Shown piece by piece: positions 1 to 13,835 of a stretch of 64,000 bases of DNA. The notes beneath the pieces are model-generated. The model saw only the letters and a list, made by a program, of their open reading frames with translations. It was not told where the DNA came from and made no database searches. The stretch covers positions 18,462,783 through 18,526,782 of the forward strand of contig CAVNZM010000001.1 in assembly GCA_963693365.1 (NCBI GenBank). Direction: 5' to 3'. How positions within the stretch are numbered: the stretch's first letter is position 1; each line of letters starts with the position of its first letter. The translations under genes were made by a program, and so were the position numbers. The stretch is from Amoebidium appalachense (taxonomy: Eukaryota; Protista; Ichthyosporea).

Positions 1-115
1 AACAGAATGTTGTTTATTATTCTGTGCTACGTTTGAACCATTTGCCTCACTTAGAAAGGGCGGTATGCTTCAGCGCACTGGAGGACCCATGCGAAATTTG
101 CTGCATTTCGAATCC

Positions 116-186
116 TCCAATCAGATCATATTTTTAATCTGCCCAATCAGATTAGACGTTCGAATAACCCCTGCTAAGTATATAAG
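116..186 (+). promoter_or_regulatory. Putative core promoter of the ACBP-reductase gene
   Basis: Two CCAATCAG boxes (about 117 and 143) and TATATAAG at about 179, roughly 75 bp upstream of the ATG. Confidence 0.5.
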
Positions 187-255
187 GCCGCCGCATGGGA
201 TTCATTCACTCAGTGCGATTACGTACAGCTTCAGTAACACACGCAAAAAACAAAA

Positions 256-2652
256 ATGGTGGACACGCAGGATATTAGCGCGCTCTTTGAGAAGGCGCAG
301 CAGTTTGTGCGCGACGGCGGGCTGCAGGCGGCCACGGCCACGGCCGCGGACGAGCGCGAGCTCAGCCTGACGCTGTACGGGCTGTACAAGCAGGCCACGG
401 CCGGGCGCTGCGATGCCCCCCAGCCGTCGTACTTTGACTTTGCCGGCCGCAAGAAGTGGCAGGCCTGGGCCGATTGCGGCGACATGGCCGCCGACGAGGC
501 CAAGCGCCAGTACGTCAGCATCATCGACCAGCGCTGCCCGTCGTGGGCCGGCCCGGCCCGCGAGAGCGAGCTGCGGCGGGCCAGCGTGGTGGCCAGTGTG
601 GAGGCCGACGCTGTGCACAGCGCCTACTTTGTGACGGGCGCCACAGGGTTCCTCGGCAAGAACCTGCTTGCCGTTATGCTCAAGCGCAACCCCACGGCCA
701 CCTTCTACTGCCTGGCCTTTGAGGACGAGGCGGCCTTTGCCAAGATCTTTTCTGAGCGCTTTGGCGCCGATGCGAAGCGCATTGTGCGGGTGGGCGGCAA
801 CATCACCAAGCGCCACCTGGGCATGAGCGAGGAGCAGCTGCGCATGCTCAAGGACGAGGCCCGTGTGACGGTCATGTTCCACCTGGCCGCCCTGTACGAC
901 CTGCGGGCCACACAGGAGGCCAACCACGCGCTCAACGTCGAGGGCACCACGTATGCCGTCGAGGTGGCCAACATGCTGGGCGTGGAGTTCAACTACGTGT
1001 CGACCATTGTGGTGGCCGGCGACTACCAGGGCACGTTCATGGAGACCATGTTTGACGAGGGCCAGACCCACCACAACCCGTACTACAAGACCAAGTTCGA
1101 CGCCGAGGCCATTGTGCGCGCGCAGTGCACCACGCCCCTGCGCATCTACCGCCCGGGCATTGTGATTGGCTCGTCCGAGACCGGCGAGGCCGAGAAGATT
1201 GACGGGCCCTACTACATGTTCGACACGATCCGCCAGCTGCGGCGCTATGTGCCCGAGTGGCTGACGCTGGTGGGCATCCGCGGGGAGAAGATCCCGCTGG
1301 TGCCGGTGGACTACGTGGTCAAGTGCATGGACGCCATTGCGCACCGCCCAGGCTGCGCCGGCAAGACGTTCCACCTGGTCGACCCCGAGCCCTGCAGCTT
1401 CCTGGACGTCTTCAACATCTTCAGCACGGCAGCGCACGGGCCGGCGTTCTCGTCGCGCATCAGCGACACGGTGCTGGGCATGGTGCCCAACGACATGATC
1501 AAGAACGTGGTCAGCCAGTACCCCAAGTGCATGCAGTGGCCCTTCGACCTGGCCACGGCCATGACCGGCGTGCCCCAGGACGCCCTCAAGTACGCCTTCT
1601 GGGCCACCCGCTTCGACTGCAGCGCCACCCAGGCCGCCCTGGCTGCTGCTGGTACGGGCATCACGTGCGCGCCGCTGGCGTCGTACGCGTGGAAGTGCTG
1701 GGACTACTATGAGCGCGTGATGGTGCCCCGGCTGGCGTCAGCCAACCACCTGGCCAAGGAGGTGCGCGGGCGTGTGTGCCTGGTGACGGGCGGTGACAGC
1801 GGCATCGGCTGGGCCATCAGCCAGAAGCTGGCCGGGGCCGGGGCTGTGCTGGTGCTGGTGTCGTTTGACACGGCGGGGCTGGCGCGGGCCAAGGGCGAGC
1901 TGGAGGCGGTGTACCCGGGGGTGCAGGTGCACACGTACTACTGCAACCTGGCCAAGGAGGACGAGAGCACGGCGCTGCCCAAGCAGATCCTGGCCGACCT
2001 GGGCCATGTGGACGTGCTGGTCAACTGCGCCGGCCGCAGCATCCGGCGGTCGGTCATCTACGCTACGGACCGCTTCCACGACTTCAAGCGCACCATCGAC
2101 CTCAACTACTACGGCTCCCTGGCCATGATCCTGGGCTTCCTCAACGCCATGCGTGCCCAGCGCTACGGCCGCGTCATTAACATCTCGTCCATTGGCGCGC
2201 AGACCAACCAGCCGCGCTTCTCGGCCTACGCCGCGTCCAAGGCCGCGCTGGACTCGTTCTCCCGCAGTCTCAACTCGGAGGTGGCGCACGAGAACGTGAC
2301 GCTGCACACGGTGTACATGCCGCTGGTCAAGACCAAGATGATTGCGCCCACGGCCACGCTGGACAAGAAGGCCGGCTTCAACTACTACAACATGGTGGCC
2401 ATCACCCCCGAGGCTGCGGCCGACCTGGTGCTGTCGGCGCTGACCACGGGCCACAAGACCATTGCCACGCCCATGGGCAACGCCATGCAGGCCGTCTACT
2501 ACTTCAGCCCTGAGCTGATGGACCGCATCTTCAACTACATGTACAAGATCGAGCCCGAGAAGGCCCCCGAGGGTATGGCCCCCACCACCGACAGGGAGCT
2601 CTACAGCCAGACAATGGCCCTCGTCAACCTGTTTGGCGGCCTCGAGTTTTAG
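256..2652 (+). CDS. Intronless fusion: acyl-CoA-binding domain (ACBP) + two-domain fatty acyl-CoA reductase (extended SDR + classical SDR; Marinobacter Maqu_2507 / mycobacterial AcrA1 type)
   Basis: 798-aa ORF with strong GC3 bias. ACBP motif LYGLYKQATAG...KKWQAW...AKRQYV. N-terminal Rossmann YFVTGATGFLG, HLAALYDL, YYKTKF, GEAEKIDGPYYMF. C-terminal SDR LVTGGDSGIG, LVNCAGRSIRRS, DRFHDFKRT, PRFSAYAASKAALD (YxxxK). Confidence 0.9.
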   Translation: MVDTQDISALFEKAQQFVRDGGLQAATATAADERELSLTLYGLYKQATAGRCDAPQPSYFDFAGRKKWQAWADCGDMAADEAKRQYVSIIDQRCPSWAGPARESELRRASVVASVEADAVHSAYFVTGATGFLGKNLLAVMLKRNPTATFYCLAFEDEAAFAKIFSERFGADAKRIVRVGGNITKRHLGMSEEQLRMLKDEARVTVMFHLAALYDLRATQEANHALNVEGTTYAVEVANMLGVEFNYVSTIVVAGDYQGTFMETMFDEGQTHHNPYYKTKFDAEAIVRAQCTTPLRIYRPGIVIGSSETGEAEKIDGPYYMFDTIRQLRRYVPEWLTLVGIRGEKIPLVPVDYVVKCMDAIAHRPGCAGKTFHLVDPEPCSFLDVFNIFSTAAHGPAFSSRISDTVLGMVPNDMIKNVVSQYPKCMQWPFDLATAMTGVPQDALKYAFWATRFDCSATQAALAAAGTGITCAPLASYAWKCWDYYERVMVPRLASANHLAKEVRGRVCLVTGGDSGIGWAISQKLAGAGAVLVLVSFDTAGLARAKGELEAVYPGVQVHTYYCNLAKEDESTALPKQILADLGHVDVLVNCAGRSIRRSVIYATDRFHDFKRTIDLNYYGSLAMILGFLNAMRAQRYGRVINISSIGAQTNQPRFSAYAASKAALDSFSRSLNSEVAHENVTLHTVYMPLVKTKMIAPTATLDKKAGFNYYNMVAITPEAAADLVLSALTTGHKTIATPMGNAMQAVYYFSPELMDRIFNYMYKIEPEKAPEGMAPTTDRELYSQTMALVNLFGGLEF

Positions 2653-3261
2653 TTTTTTAACGCTGGGCCCTGATTGGCTGCCGCAGATGTGTGGGTGATA
2701 TGGTGTGGGGCACAGCGGGCACCGTGTTTTACTGGCTGAAGCAATCGTGTCTGCTAGTTTTTTACCCCTTATTTTTGGAAGCTAGAAAAAATAACCACTA
2801 TGTTTGAATTCGATTCAATAACGTCCAGGTTTCATAAAGAACTGCGCATCTGTGATGCGCGAATGAGGCAGTGCATTCGGGGACCAAGAAATTTAGGTTT
2901 AGTGTGTGGGAAAAATGTATGATTCGTGTACATTAAGTACTAGTCTTCATTTCAACAAAAATAAAAATTGCACTGCACAGAAACTGCTCTTTGTTCAACC
3001 AATGCACACCACAGCCTCTGCCCTTGACTCCCCAGCCCAAACAGTCACGTGGGGCGAAAACGCGCGCACACACAGCAACACACACACCTACTAGGCACAC
3101 AAAAAAAAAAAAGAGCAAAAATGTAGCATGGGGATGGATACACACCTGAGTGTGTGCACACACACACACACACAAACACTTGCTTGCACACACAAAGACC
3201 CACACACACTGTGACACACAGCAAGCATACACACCCGTGTGCGCACACACAAACACACACA

Positions 3262-3335
<74 letters not shown>

Positions 3336-3353
3336 CACACACGACAAATGCAT

Positions 3354-3403
<50 letters not shown>

Positions 3404-4542
3404 GCTTGTGAGACACACACGCGCACACAGAAAGAATAAGCACGTGCCGTCACACACACACCGGCAGACACGACCCCCATGCACTCACACGGCAAGCAGT
3501 GGACCACACATGTGGCAACCATACACGGCATGCGCACATGTGCACACCCACCTTCACCCTTATACCCCGGATTCACACACTATTATCTGAGCTTGGATCC
3601 CATACAGTATTTCCCCTCCCCCCCCCCCCCCCCCCCCTCCCCTCCCCCTTCCCACCCCCCCCTCCCCTCCCCGCACTTCACCTCCCCCCCCCCCCCCCCC
3701 TCCCCCTCCCGTTCCCTCCCACCCCTCCCCCCCTGCCCCCCCCACACACACCTGTGCGTAGTCCAACTTTTCACTTTGCCATTACCAGCAAATCGCTGTT
3801 ACACAAACCTGTCCGGGCACGGGCACAGGCACACACGTTCACACACAGGCACCCACCCACACCCACGCACCCACCCATACACCCACAGGCTGTTGCATGC
3901 CCGGACCTTCACATGAGCTCACCTACACATACACCGGCAGGGGTCACACACTACTTTGCAATCACACACACGTACAATGTACACACAGCCACAAACCCAG
4001 GACCCACACACTAGCACGTTTACCACATGATTGTCGCACACACGGGCCAAAGTCTATTTCCTACATAAACTTGTTTTTGTGTACCGGCCCCCCCGGCCTC
4101 TCCCCCTCTCCCCCTCTCCCCCTTCCCCCCCCCGGGCACTCCGAGAAGAGTAAAGAATACTTAACAATCAATGCTTATTTGAAGGATTTAGTTTGCGAGT
4201 TTGTGTGATTTGTACATACTGGCGCAAGTGACTTTGTACACGCGAACGCTTATGGTTTACTAACGTGGCCCACATGCATGCCTTCATCGTTGTTTTTTAT
4301 TTTTATTATTATTTTTCCGTTTGTACTACATATTATCATGCACCACCGTCTCAATGTGGGGGTCACTCATGGTCCCTCCCTGCAGGTGTGCAAAACACGT
4401 GTGTGTGTGTATGTGTGTGCCCGTGTGCGCGAGTGTGCGCACATGTGTATTCAGCAAGTGCATGGTCATTATCCAGAAATTATGATCTGCACTTTATATA
4501 TATGATTTTTATCCTTTTTTTTTTTTTTTTTTTGGCATGCCT

Positions 4543-4579
<37 letters not shown>

Positions 4580-4641
4580 TTGGTTGGTAATCATAATCAT
4601 TATCGAGAACTTGTCGCAGTGCACTCATCATTTTATTTAAG

Positions 4642-4672
<31 letters not shown>

Positions 4673-5167
4673 CTGCCCTTCCCTCTCACGCCTTCTTCCA
4701 TGCATGGTGTCTGCACATCCAAAGTAACTTGAAACCACAACAATCACTCAGGCATTTCTCAGTGACACATTCCACGAACCTGCCAAAGGCATCACTATTC
4801 ATACCTGCACCCCATATCGCAAGCCAACTACTGTGCACACACTACGTTCATGCCTACGTGCATCTCACAAACAAAAGATTGCATCCACACCGCTCTTCAG
4901 GTAACAAATTACTTGATCTGATCAGGTATTTATTTCGGACGTTCTCTGTCCGCTAAGCTATTATCTTTCTTTCGTTCAAATTATTTAGGCTAATGACTAC
5001 TTCATATCAACACTAGCCAAGCCCCCCCCCCCCCCCCCCCCCACACACACACGTAAATGCCTCCGAGGGGGTGACGCTGCGTGTATGCCCACAGCACACA
5101 TGCACGCCTAGCCCCACACATCCAAATAAGGCTATGTCCTCTTCCTTTTAAGGGTGCAGCCACAGCA

Positions 5168-5405
5168 TCACTTGTCCATCGGCTTGACGGCAGCAAAACG
5201 TAGTCTGACATAGTCTGCCGTCCAGGCCCCTGTGACGTCATCATAGAGCTGGCCCCGTACCTCTTCCTGCACCTCCCTCAGCACCGCCGCTTTTTCTTCT
5301 GCCGTCATGTCCTGGGTCGTCGGAGGTGGATGGGTTGGGAAGGGGGGGGGGGGGAGGTGTGTGTGTGTGTGTGTGCGTATGTGCGTGTGTATGTGTGTGT
5401 GTGGG

Positions 5406-5464
<59 letters not shown>

Positions 5465-6509
5465 AATAGTTGAGTATGGTTGTGGGGGCAGTGTTTAAAA
5501 ACACAGCATGTAGTTTCCCATCCTCCCATCCCCCCCCCCCCCCCCCCCCCCCCAAAACAAAACAAAACAAAAAAACACCCCACTATTCAAACCTTCTTCC
5601 CCCCTCCCCCCCCCCCCACCTCCCTCCCCAACCTCCCACACACGCCCCCCCCTCCCCCCCCCCCCCCCACCCCGCCCCTACCCCCCTCTATACACACCCA
5701 CAAACACCCGTCCCCCCCCATCCCCTCTCCCCCCCCCCCCCCCCCCCCCCCCAACACACACACCACACGAACAAAAACAATCCACCTACACCCACCCACC
5801 CACAACCCCCCCACCTACACACACACTCTCAAGCACCCACCCACACACTTGCACGTGCCCACCTTTGTAAAGGACATTGCAAAGGTTTGCAGCCACCCCT
5901 CCACATTTGTGCACAGCGGTGTAGGCCTTGGTATTGTCTGTATGTAGGCCACACGAAACCCTTGCTTCTCCAGCCGACCACGAAACTCTTCCTCCGTAGG
6001 AAACAGCCACGGATCCCTGTGTGTGTGTGTGTGTGTGTGTAGGGGTTTGGGGGTTTAGTGTTTAGTTTTTTGAATTTTCAAGGGCTCCCACAACAGGAGA
6101 AGGGCCCTCGGCAGGGGGGGAGGTGGGGGGAGGCGGGAGGGGGGAGGGGGGGAAGGAGAGGGGTGTATTTGTGTATGGACGGAACACGGTGCATGACATG
6201 AAAGGGCATGCAAACAAGCAGGCAGAAAGGATTTCCGGAGGGGGTTCAGGTCGTCTGACAGGAGAAGGGAAGAGGGTGTCCTATGCAAAGAGGTGCAGGC
6301 GCATGTGTGAAATATCATTCGCTGTATGTGCCATCGTTCCTTCACTCGTGTGCAACTGTTCTATAATTAGCAATATCCAACCATGCTTGTGCACGTGCCT
6401 GCCTGTGCAGAGGCCCTCTGTGTGTGTCTGTGTGTGTTTTTCAGGCCTGGTGATAATGGTGATGGCAGGTGCTTGTATGGGCGATGACGATGGTGGTGGT
6501 GGTCTGTGC

Positions 6510-6588
<79 letters not shown>

Positions 6589-9500
6589 TGTGTATGTGTG
6601 GGTGGGTGGGTGGGCGCCTCCTGGGGATTGGTGTGTGTGTGTGTGTGTTTGGGGGGGGGGGAGGGGGTGCTTACCTTGGAACGGGGTCCACCCCCCTCTT
6701 TTTCAGTGCCCTGTGTATTGCCGTCCTAATCGACGCTATGTTCCCGTTGGCACCAAACTCCCCAACAAAACGACCCCCGGGTCTTAGCACGGACCAAACA
6801 CCTAGTAGGTAGGTGGTTAGCACTCAAGTTAAAGAATGTGATTGGTAGGTGACAGGTCAACAATGGGGAAGAAAGGATACGTGGGAGCTCAAAAGTATAC
6901 AGGGTTATGATCAAGTATGTGAACACTTCTACGAGTCGGTGCTGTGTGTACAATTGTGCGTGCGTGTCTACGTGTGTCTATGAGCTAAATGTGTGTATGT
7001 GCACGTGTGTGTGTGTGAGCACGCAACCACATGCGTACATGGGTGGGCCGTACTCGTTCATGTCATGTGTCTGTTTGCATGTGCTTGTGTGCGCGCGTGT
7101 GTGAGCTTGTGTGTGTGCCACGGGTGCGCCTGCCTGCCCACCACCAAAACGAAATGCCACTCTCCTCCCCACCCCCCTCCCCCTCGCCCACACCCACCCA
7201 CTCATCCCCCCCACCCCCTTCCCTCCTCCCCCCCCCCCCCCCCCACCCACCCACCCATCCGCCCAAGCCCACACCCACCTCCCCCCCTCCCCCCCCCCCC
7301 CTCTTCCCCCGGCCCTCACTGTATAACACCCCCCCCCCCCACGCACCTCTTGCCACGGCATCATGGTCAGGCACCCAGTGCAGGACGGCATTAGTGAAGA
7401 CCGCATCGTACGGCTCAGTGGCTGTCAAATTCTGTATCCCCCCAACATATAACATTTTATTGTCTGGAACTCATAGTAGCCCCCCCCCCCCCCCCCCCCC
7501 CCCCCCTCCTCCTCCCCCCCCCCCCCCCCCCCCCCGGTTGCCCCACCTCCCACACTCCCCGGTATAAATTAGTACAAGTGCAAAAAGTACTCGATTCGAA
7601 ACCTCACCAGGCATCACGCTCAACTTAGCTCACAAGTGTGCTGTAGCCAATAAAAAATATTCTCCAGAATCACGTACATACCAAAGAATGCCGGTTGAAC
7701 ACAACAGAAAGAAACGTAAATACTTAAGCCCACCAACCCACCCGTTGTCAACATCATAGCAATCCATAATGGTAGGGGTAGTATAACAACCATGTTGTTA
7801 TGATCCACCCCCCCCACCCCCCCTCTTCCCTGGGCCGGTGCACCATGTGCTTGCGTGCACGTGCGCACACGCACGCACACCCACACACCCACACACCCAC
7901 ATACACACCCACACGCACACGCATACACACACACACCTGCGCACACACCCACACGCACGCACACACACGCCCACCCATCCACCCACCCACCCACCCACAC
8001 ACACGCCCACACACCCACCCACCCACTCACCCACCCACCCACCCACCCACCCACCCACCCACCCACCCACCCACCCACCCACACACACACCTGTGCACAC
8101 ATGACCTCTGCATCCAGGCCCCTCTGCCGGGCATACTCCACCTGCTCGGGGCTGCTATCGACTGCCTTGACCTGGCATCCGGCCTGCATGGGTGCGTGTG
8201 CATGTATGTGTGTACGTGTGCATGCACGTGTGCAAATGTGTGTGTGATTTGTGCAGCATGATGACAAATTGAGCAGTGTTGGGGGTTCTCGAGCAGGGGG
8301 TGGTGGGTGTGGGTGGGTGGTTCGGTGGGGGGTGGGTAGAGGGGGGGGGGGGGGAGGGGGGGGGGGGGGGCGCTCCACTCAGGAAAAGGGAGGGTATGTC
8401 AGCCACCAGAAAGGCCGTGGACATCAGAAAACAAAGTGGGTGTGTGAACATAGGATGCGTGAGCTGGGCATACTGAGACCTCCAAGCCCCCCCCCCCCCC
8501 CCCCCCCCCCCCCCCGTGCCCCGCCCCTCAAGGTTAATGGGGAGGGTGGAGGGATGAGGCCACATGGGAAGCAGGCACTGTATTTGTTCTTTTGGATGGA
8601 ACAAAACCTACGTTTTGCGCCATGCACTTTTTCATGTTGGAGGAGGACAGAGAGAAGGGGAGATAAAGAGGGGGAGGGGGAAGAGAGGGGGGGGGGGGGG
8701 GGAGAGGGAGAGCCAGGGAGAAGAGAGAGAAGGGGGGATATGGAGGGGAGGGGGAAGAGGGGGGAGGAGGGGGGGAGGGGGGAGATGGAGAGCCACGTTA
8801 CCTCTACTAGCTTTACGGTCAGCGCACCGTCCCCACAACCCAGATCGAGGATTCTGTGGTGGTAGGTGGTCCATGGTTAGTTACAAGTAATGTGCACGTT
8901 CGTGTGCTTGTGTGTGTTTGTGTGTGTCTATGCGAGTGATGGTGTGTGTGTGTGTGTGTGCATGCGCGTGAAAGTGATAGCGCAGGATGGGGTGTGGGTG
9001 GGGAGTAGGGGTGGCGATGTCCGGGATTTTGTAGAAGCGTGTGGGGTAGGACAAAGGGGGAAGAGGTTGGAAGGCAAGGGGAGAGGCGACATGGGTTACG
9101 GAAGATTTCCGGTAACATGATTTTCTTTAGGCACTGCATAGGTGGGTTCTCTCACAAGAAGCATGCGCGGGAGGTGCCGGTTGTTCCCCCTAACCCCCCC
9201 CATAGACCCTTCAACAGAGATGAACTCCACGTTTCAGATGCAGCTTGAAATATCAAAGCACAAACGAAGGCACCTGTAGCCTACCTTTCACCACTCTGCG
9301 GGTTCAGCAGGTCAAGGAGCACCTCGCCCAGTTTAGGCACAAACGATGCATGCTGGACGTAGAGATTGGGGTTCCAGCCCTCCCCTGCTCCCCAACACAT
9401 CAGCCACTCTCCTAACCAAGAAGGACCAATGGATCTCTCTCGACAACGTGGGCGTCTTGCAAGTAAATCATCACTCTACCACTTAGCTTTATGGGCTGAT

Positions 9501-9843
9501 TCTATGTTTGGTTGTGGTGCTCAGCCATTTAACACATTTCAGGCCCTAACTTGTTCAGTTTGTCTTTTGGGCTTCAAATTTCCTTGCAGCTCCAATCATA
9601 TCCGCGCTAGGTTCCCCTGGCAATGCTTTGCCCTTCGTGCGCTCATGAGGAGAGAGTATTATTGACGGTCCAAAAATATAGGCTCTTGATACACAGAGGT
9701 GAAGGGAATGGTGCTAATTTACCGGTATTGGGTGCAGGACTCGCCATTTTGCAGCCGGAGGAGTGGTAAGAACGCACGGGCGATCGAAGTAGTGGTTGTA
9801 AGCTCTTCCTGCAAAGAAATGCAACAGACACGCTAAGGAGCAT
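5168..9843 (-). CDS. Class I SAM-dependent methyltransferase (Tam-like small-molecule MTase), 8 exons
   Basis: Phase-consistent GT-AG exons: 9843(or 9747)-9723, 9384-9285 ([18 protein letters not shown]), 8853-8802 (ILDLGCGDG, motif I), 8183-8091 (VDSSPEQV), 7431-7347 ([13 protein letters not shown]), 6801-6675 ([12 protein letters not shown]), 6016-5863 (PWLFPT...IPRPTPL), 5311-5168 ([17 protein letters not shown]). Confidence 0.88.
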
Positions 9844-11372
9844 AACTGCAGCTTCAGAATAGTGGTTGTGTGGCTTCAAGAATAAACTGAGCTTAATCCT
9901 GGGGGTCTTTTATAGTTCGTACATGCGCCCTTCTGACTCGGTGACGGTGCGACTGACTGCCGCTCATCGTTTGCGTGTTTATGTTCTTCCCGCCAAATAC
10001 CCGATAAACCCTGCTTTTTTGATAGCTGATATACCCTTTTTTTTTGTAAACTAATATATGATTATATATACCGTGCAAATTGGTTCAGGTACATACTAGC
10101 TTAGCAGGTAGCACACTAGTATAATGAATTTCAGTAATAAAAACTTTAAACATTTTAATCACGGAAGTTTTTGAGAACCTACGACGCGCTACGAATATGC
10201 GAAAGCTGCACAGCAATGTTGCCTCGTGAAACACTCTTTTTTTTCTTTTTCTTTTCTTTTCTAAAAAAGAGATCTATCAACAGATCTGAGTATATGGAGA
10301 GCTGGGAATCACTGTGAGTCATGCCCACGAGTCACGACGCGGAGTCGCGGACATGCAGCGTAACAAATCCTGACTTGGCGGATTCGGCCGACCAGGAGCG
10401 CGCGCACATATATGGCCGTGTATAATTTTGCTATATTATGATTAAATGAAACAACTACATGTGTGTATACATTAAGGCGCTTATTACACTTGACCGTAAG
10501 TTACACAGAAATTCACAGTCACTGGTTTTACTACTAGTACTAGATCTGCGTACCGGTACTGGTTACTGATAGACTAGTTGCAAAGGTAGTTTCGGATATC
10601 CAATTATATGCAGCCGCTTATCATCCCCTAGAGTTTCGAATATATCCATCGGCAACCATCGATCACGATTATTCAAAACTGTTTAGCGGCTAGCCTTTAC
10701 AATTTTTTACAAATAAAACGGCCCAACCAACCGACATACAAAAAATTTCTATCTTATGAATTTGGTTCATGTAGCTTGCGCCTCTAAGCCACAACTTAAG
10801 TATTTAGATACCATTATTATGGCCTGCAGGCTGCTAAGGAATCTCGGAATGTGAAAATTCCTTGAAATTTAATGACCAAATACACCTGACAACTAGTTTA
10901 GGGGTTACCAGGGCAGACGCTCTCACTCATACAAGGGCACAGTTCAGGGAATTTCACAACACTTTCCGGGCTTTATAACACCCTTTGCAGTGTATTTTGG
11001 CTCCTTCTAATCGTAAATACCTCATCTATTAGTACGTAATGCAAACCCTGGATGTTGTTTTCCACAGTGACGAAGCAAGAGCAAGGTGCGAGCCTCTGCG
11101 AGAGATAGTTAATATTAGGTTGAAGAGTTGAAAACTTAGTACGAAAAAGCTGCGTTTTTCCTCTTTACGTGTTTAGACTACAGTGACATCAGGATTTCGT
11201 TCCATAGCACAACCCACTGGCGGGTACCGGTACCGGTATATACCCGGAGACAGTAGCTTCATTTTTGCCTTTGGTATAAGGCCGTAGAATAGACGTTGGG
11301 GTCACAGCTATTACTAAAGTGAACCTGGAGGCCTCGGTGCGCGCACTGAACACAGCGGTGGCGGGGCTGAAG

Positions 11373-12807
11373 ATGGGGCTTGGTCGGCTAAAAAGGACCA
11401 GCTCCTACGTGCCCACCAAAAACCCGCAATATGCCGTAGTTGCAATCGCTCTTCTGTCCATGTTCCTCCTCACGAAGGTGAGCCCACGTTTTAAACTCGG
11501 GTTGCTTTACATTCTTGTTTTTCGCCTCGTATTGGTCCCATACAACGACCGAAGTTGTGGACGAAGCGGGGGCCATGGGGTTGTGGTATTTCAGTCACAG
11601 TGCTGGGCTCGGGTGTGCAACAAGAGGCGGGGAGGAGGAGGGGCAGGGGGGGTAGGAGGGGGGAGGAGAAGGGTGGGAGGGGGGAAGAGGGTACGGTGGT
11701 GGAGAGAAGGGAGGGGACGGAAGGGATAACCTACAGTGCTGTAGGTAAGCTCTCTCGCTGTAAACGCTGAAATTGTTCATTTTTGGGACATGGCAAATAA
11801 CTGTTTATTCTCGTAAGAGGTCCTCCGTTTTACATAGCATAATATGAACGCTCACCTGCTTTTTCAGCTGAAGCAATTTTCCACTTTCCCCCCAGGTGTT
11901 TGTAGGGGGTAGCAACTGGTCCGTGACCTCTTCACCTTCTGCTGCGTTCTTTGGAACAAATCCTCTTGATGAAGCTCTAGTAAACGGGACGGAGCATGAC
12001 ATGGAGGATGACCATTTAGACCTCACAAACCTTACTGGGGTGGATTATGTCAAGCCACATGAGGTGAACCCAGAACATGATGATGATGAAGGAGGGGTTT
12101 ATACGTTCAAGATAGAGGAACATGTCATGACACAGGACGGGTCTGGCTTAAGTAGTGCGAGTGTGGCACCTTTGAACACCGGGTCGGCATTCGTTGAACC
12201 GGTTGAGACAGGTGTGTCCGAGTCTCAAATGACAGAAACACCTACATCATCAGTGACCGAGTCTTCTAGAGAACAAGAAACACATACGGTTTCGAGTGTA
12301 GACTCGGTGTCAACCACGGAAATCCCGACGGAGAGTAGCCGTGTGCCAACCAAGATTGAGGAATCAACAAGCGTTGTTGCACAAACACTAGTGCACACAG
12401 TCATGACACCAAGTACATCAAACGAAACCTCGGACTCACATGTGCTTGATCATGAACGAAAACCACTGGAATGTAGCAAGCGGACCGAGTCCGGGCCGTT
12501 GCTGTTTACCACTTACGTAAGTGGGTGGCAGTATGTGAGCTATATGCCCCTGTATGCTTTCTCTGCTCTCACCAGCTACCCAGACGCTTTTGTCGCTTTT
12601 TACACAGGTGAGTTGTGTTCCCAAACCCGTGCGAGGTTTTCTTGAGGTTTGGGTTTCTGGGTTTCTCAGTTCCTGAGCATGTGCTAATGGTGTTCTTTTG
12701 CACCGTGTTTACCCCCCCCCCCCCCCCCCCCCCCTTCTTCTCCCACCAACTTTCGGCTCTCATGTTTTCAGAGCCTGAACTAAGAGGAACACAAAGAAGA
12801 GGGGCTT

Positions 12808-12847
<40 letters not shown>

Positions 12848-13744
12848 TTCCCCCGCCCCCCCCCTTTTTTTTTTGTGTGTGTGTGTGTGTGTGTTTCCCC
12901 CCCTTTTTCCCCTTTCTTTTCTTTTTCTTTCTTTCTTTCTTTCTTTCTTTTTTTTTTGGGGGGGGGGAGGGGGGGGGGGGAACAGGAGGAAGGGACTAGC
13001 AGCAAGAAATCGCCATTAATATTCGAAACCTACCACCTTTCTCTTCCTCAATCCAGTTAGGATTTTTAATCACTCTGCACTAAAGTAGCACCGACTGCTC
13101 CTATAGGGAGTATGAAAACAACAAAAGGTCAAAGGAAAGGGGGAAAGCTTCAAAACCGGATTTTTGGTGGTGAGACGATGCTAAGTGGGGGTTAGGTGGT
13201 AGTTGCCGGGCGGAAAGGGCCAGGTGGTGTTATTGAAAGAAAAGTAGGGATGGAAACAGGGACCGAGGGGGGGGGGGGGGGAGGGGGAGGGGGGTACAGG
13301 AGGGAGGGAGGGGTATGGGCTAGAACTAGCTCATGTTGTTAAATCAAACCGAATAAGCATAGGTGTTTAGGTGTTTAAAGGCCTTTTCCCTCCTTTCTTC
13401 TCTCTCTATTATCCTTGAGGTTGCCATCGCCCCCCTCCCCCCCCCCCCCCCCCCCCCCCCTTCCCCCCCCCCCCCCCCGACGATTCTGATTTTGACTGTC
13501 GTTTCGTTGTTCTTCGTTACAGCAACCCCCTCTCAACCCCCCACGCATTCAAAACCCCCCCCCCCCCCACCCCCCCCCCCCCTCTTCGTTAACGAGGTGA
13601 ATGGGTCGAAACTCGGGTACTGTGGATGACGTGCCCCCCCCCTGAGGATGGGCTCTGCTTATTATGCATACTCTTTATGTATGGCTTGCATTCTGCATCG
13701 TGTTATCCGTTGTTCATGTGTACGTCGTACTTTATGACGCATTC

Positions 13745-13779
<35 letters not shown>

Positions 13780-13804
13780 ACACCCCCCCACCCGTCATCC
13801 CCCC

Positions 13805-13835
<31 letters not shown>

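Noticed and set aside
202-2454. Long antisense ORFs (411 aa, 238 aa)
   Set aside because: Shadow ORFs caused by the high GC3 of the sense reductase gene.
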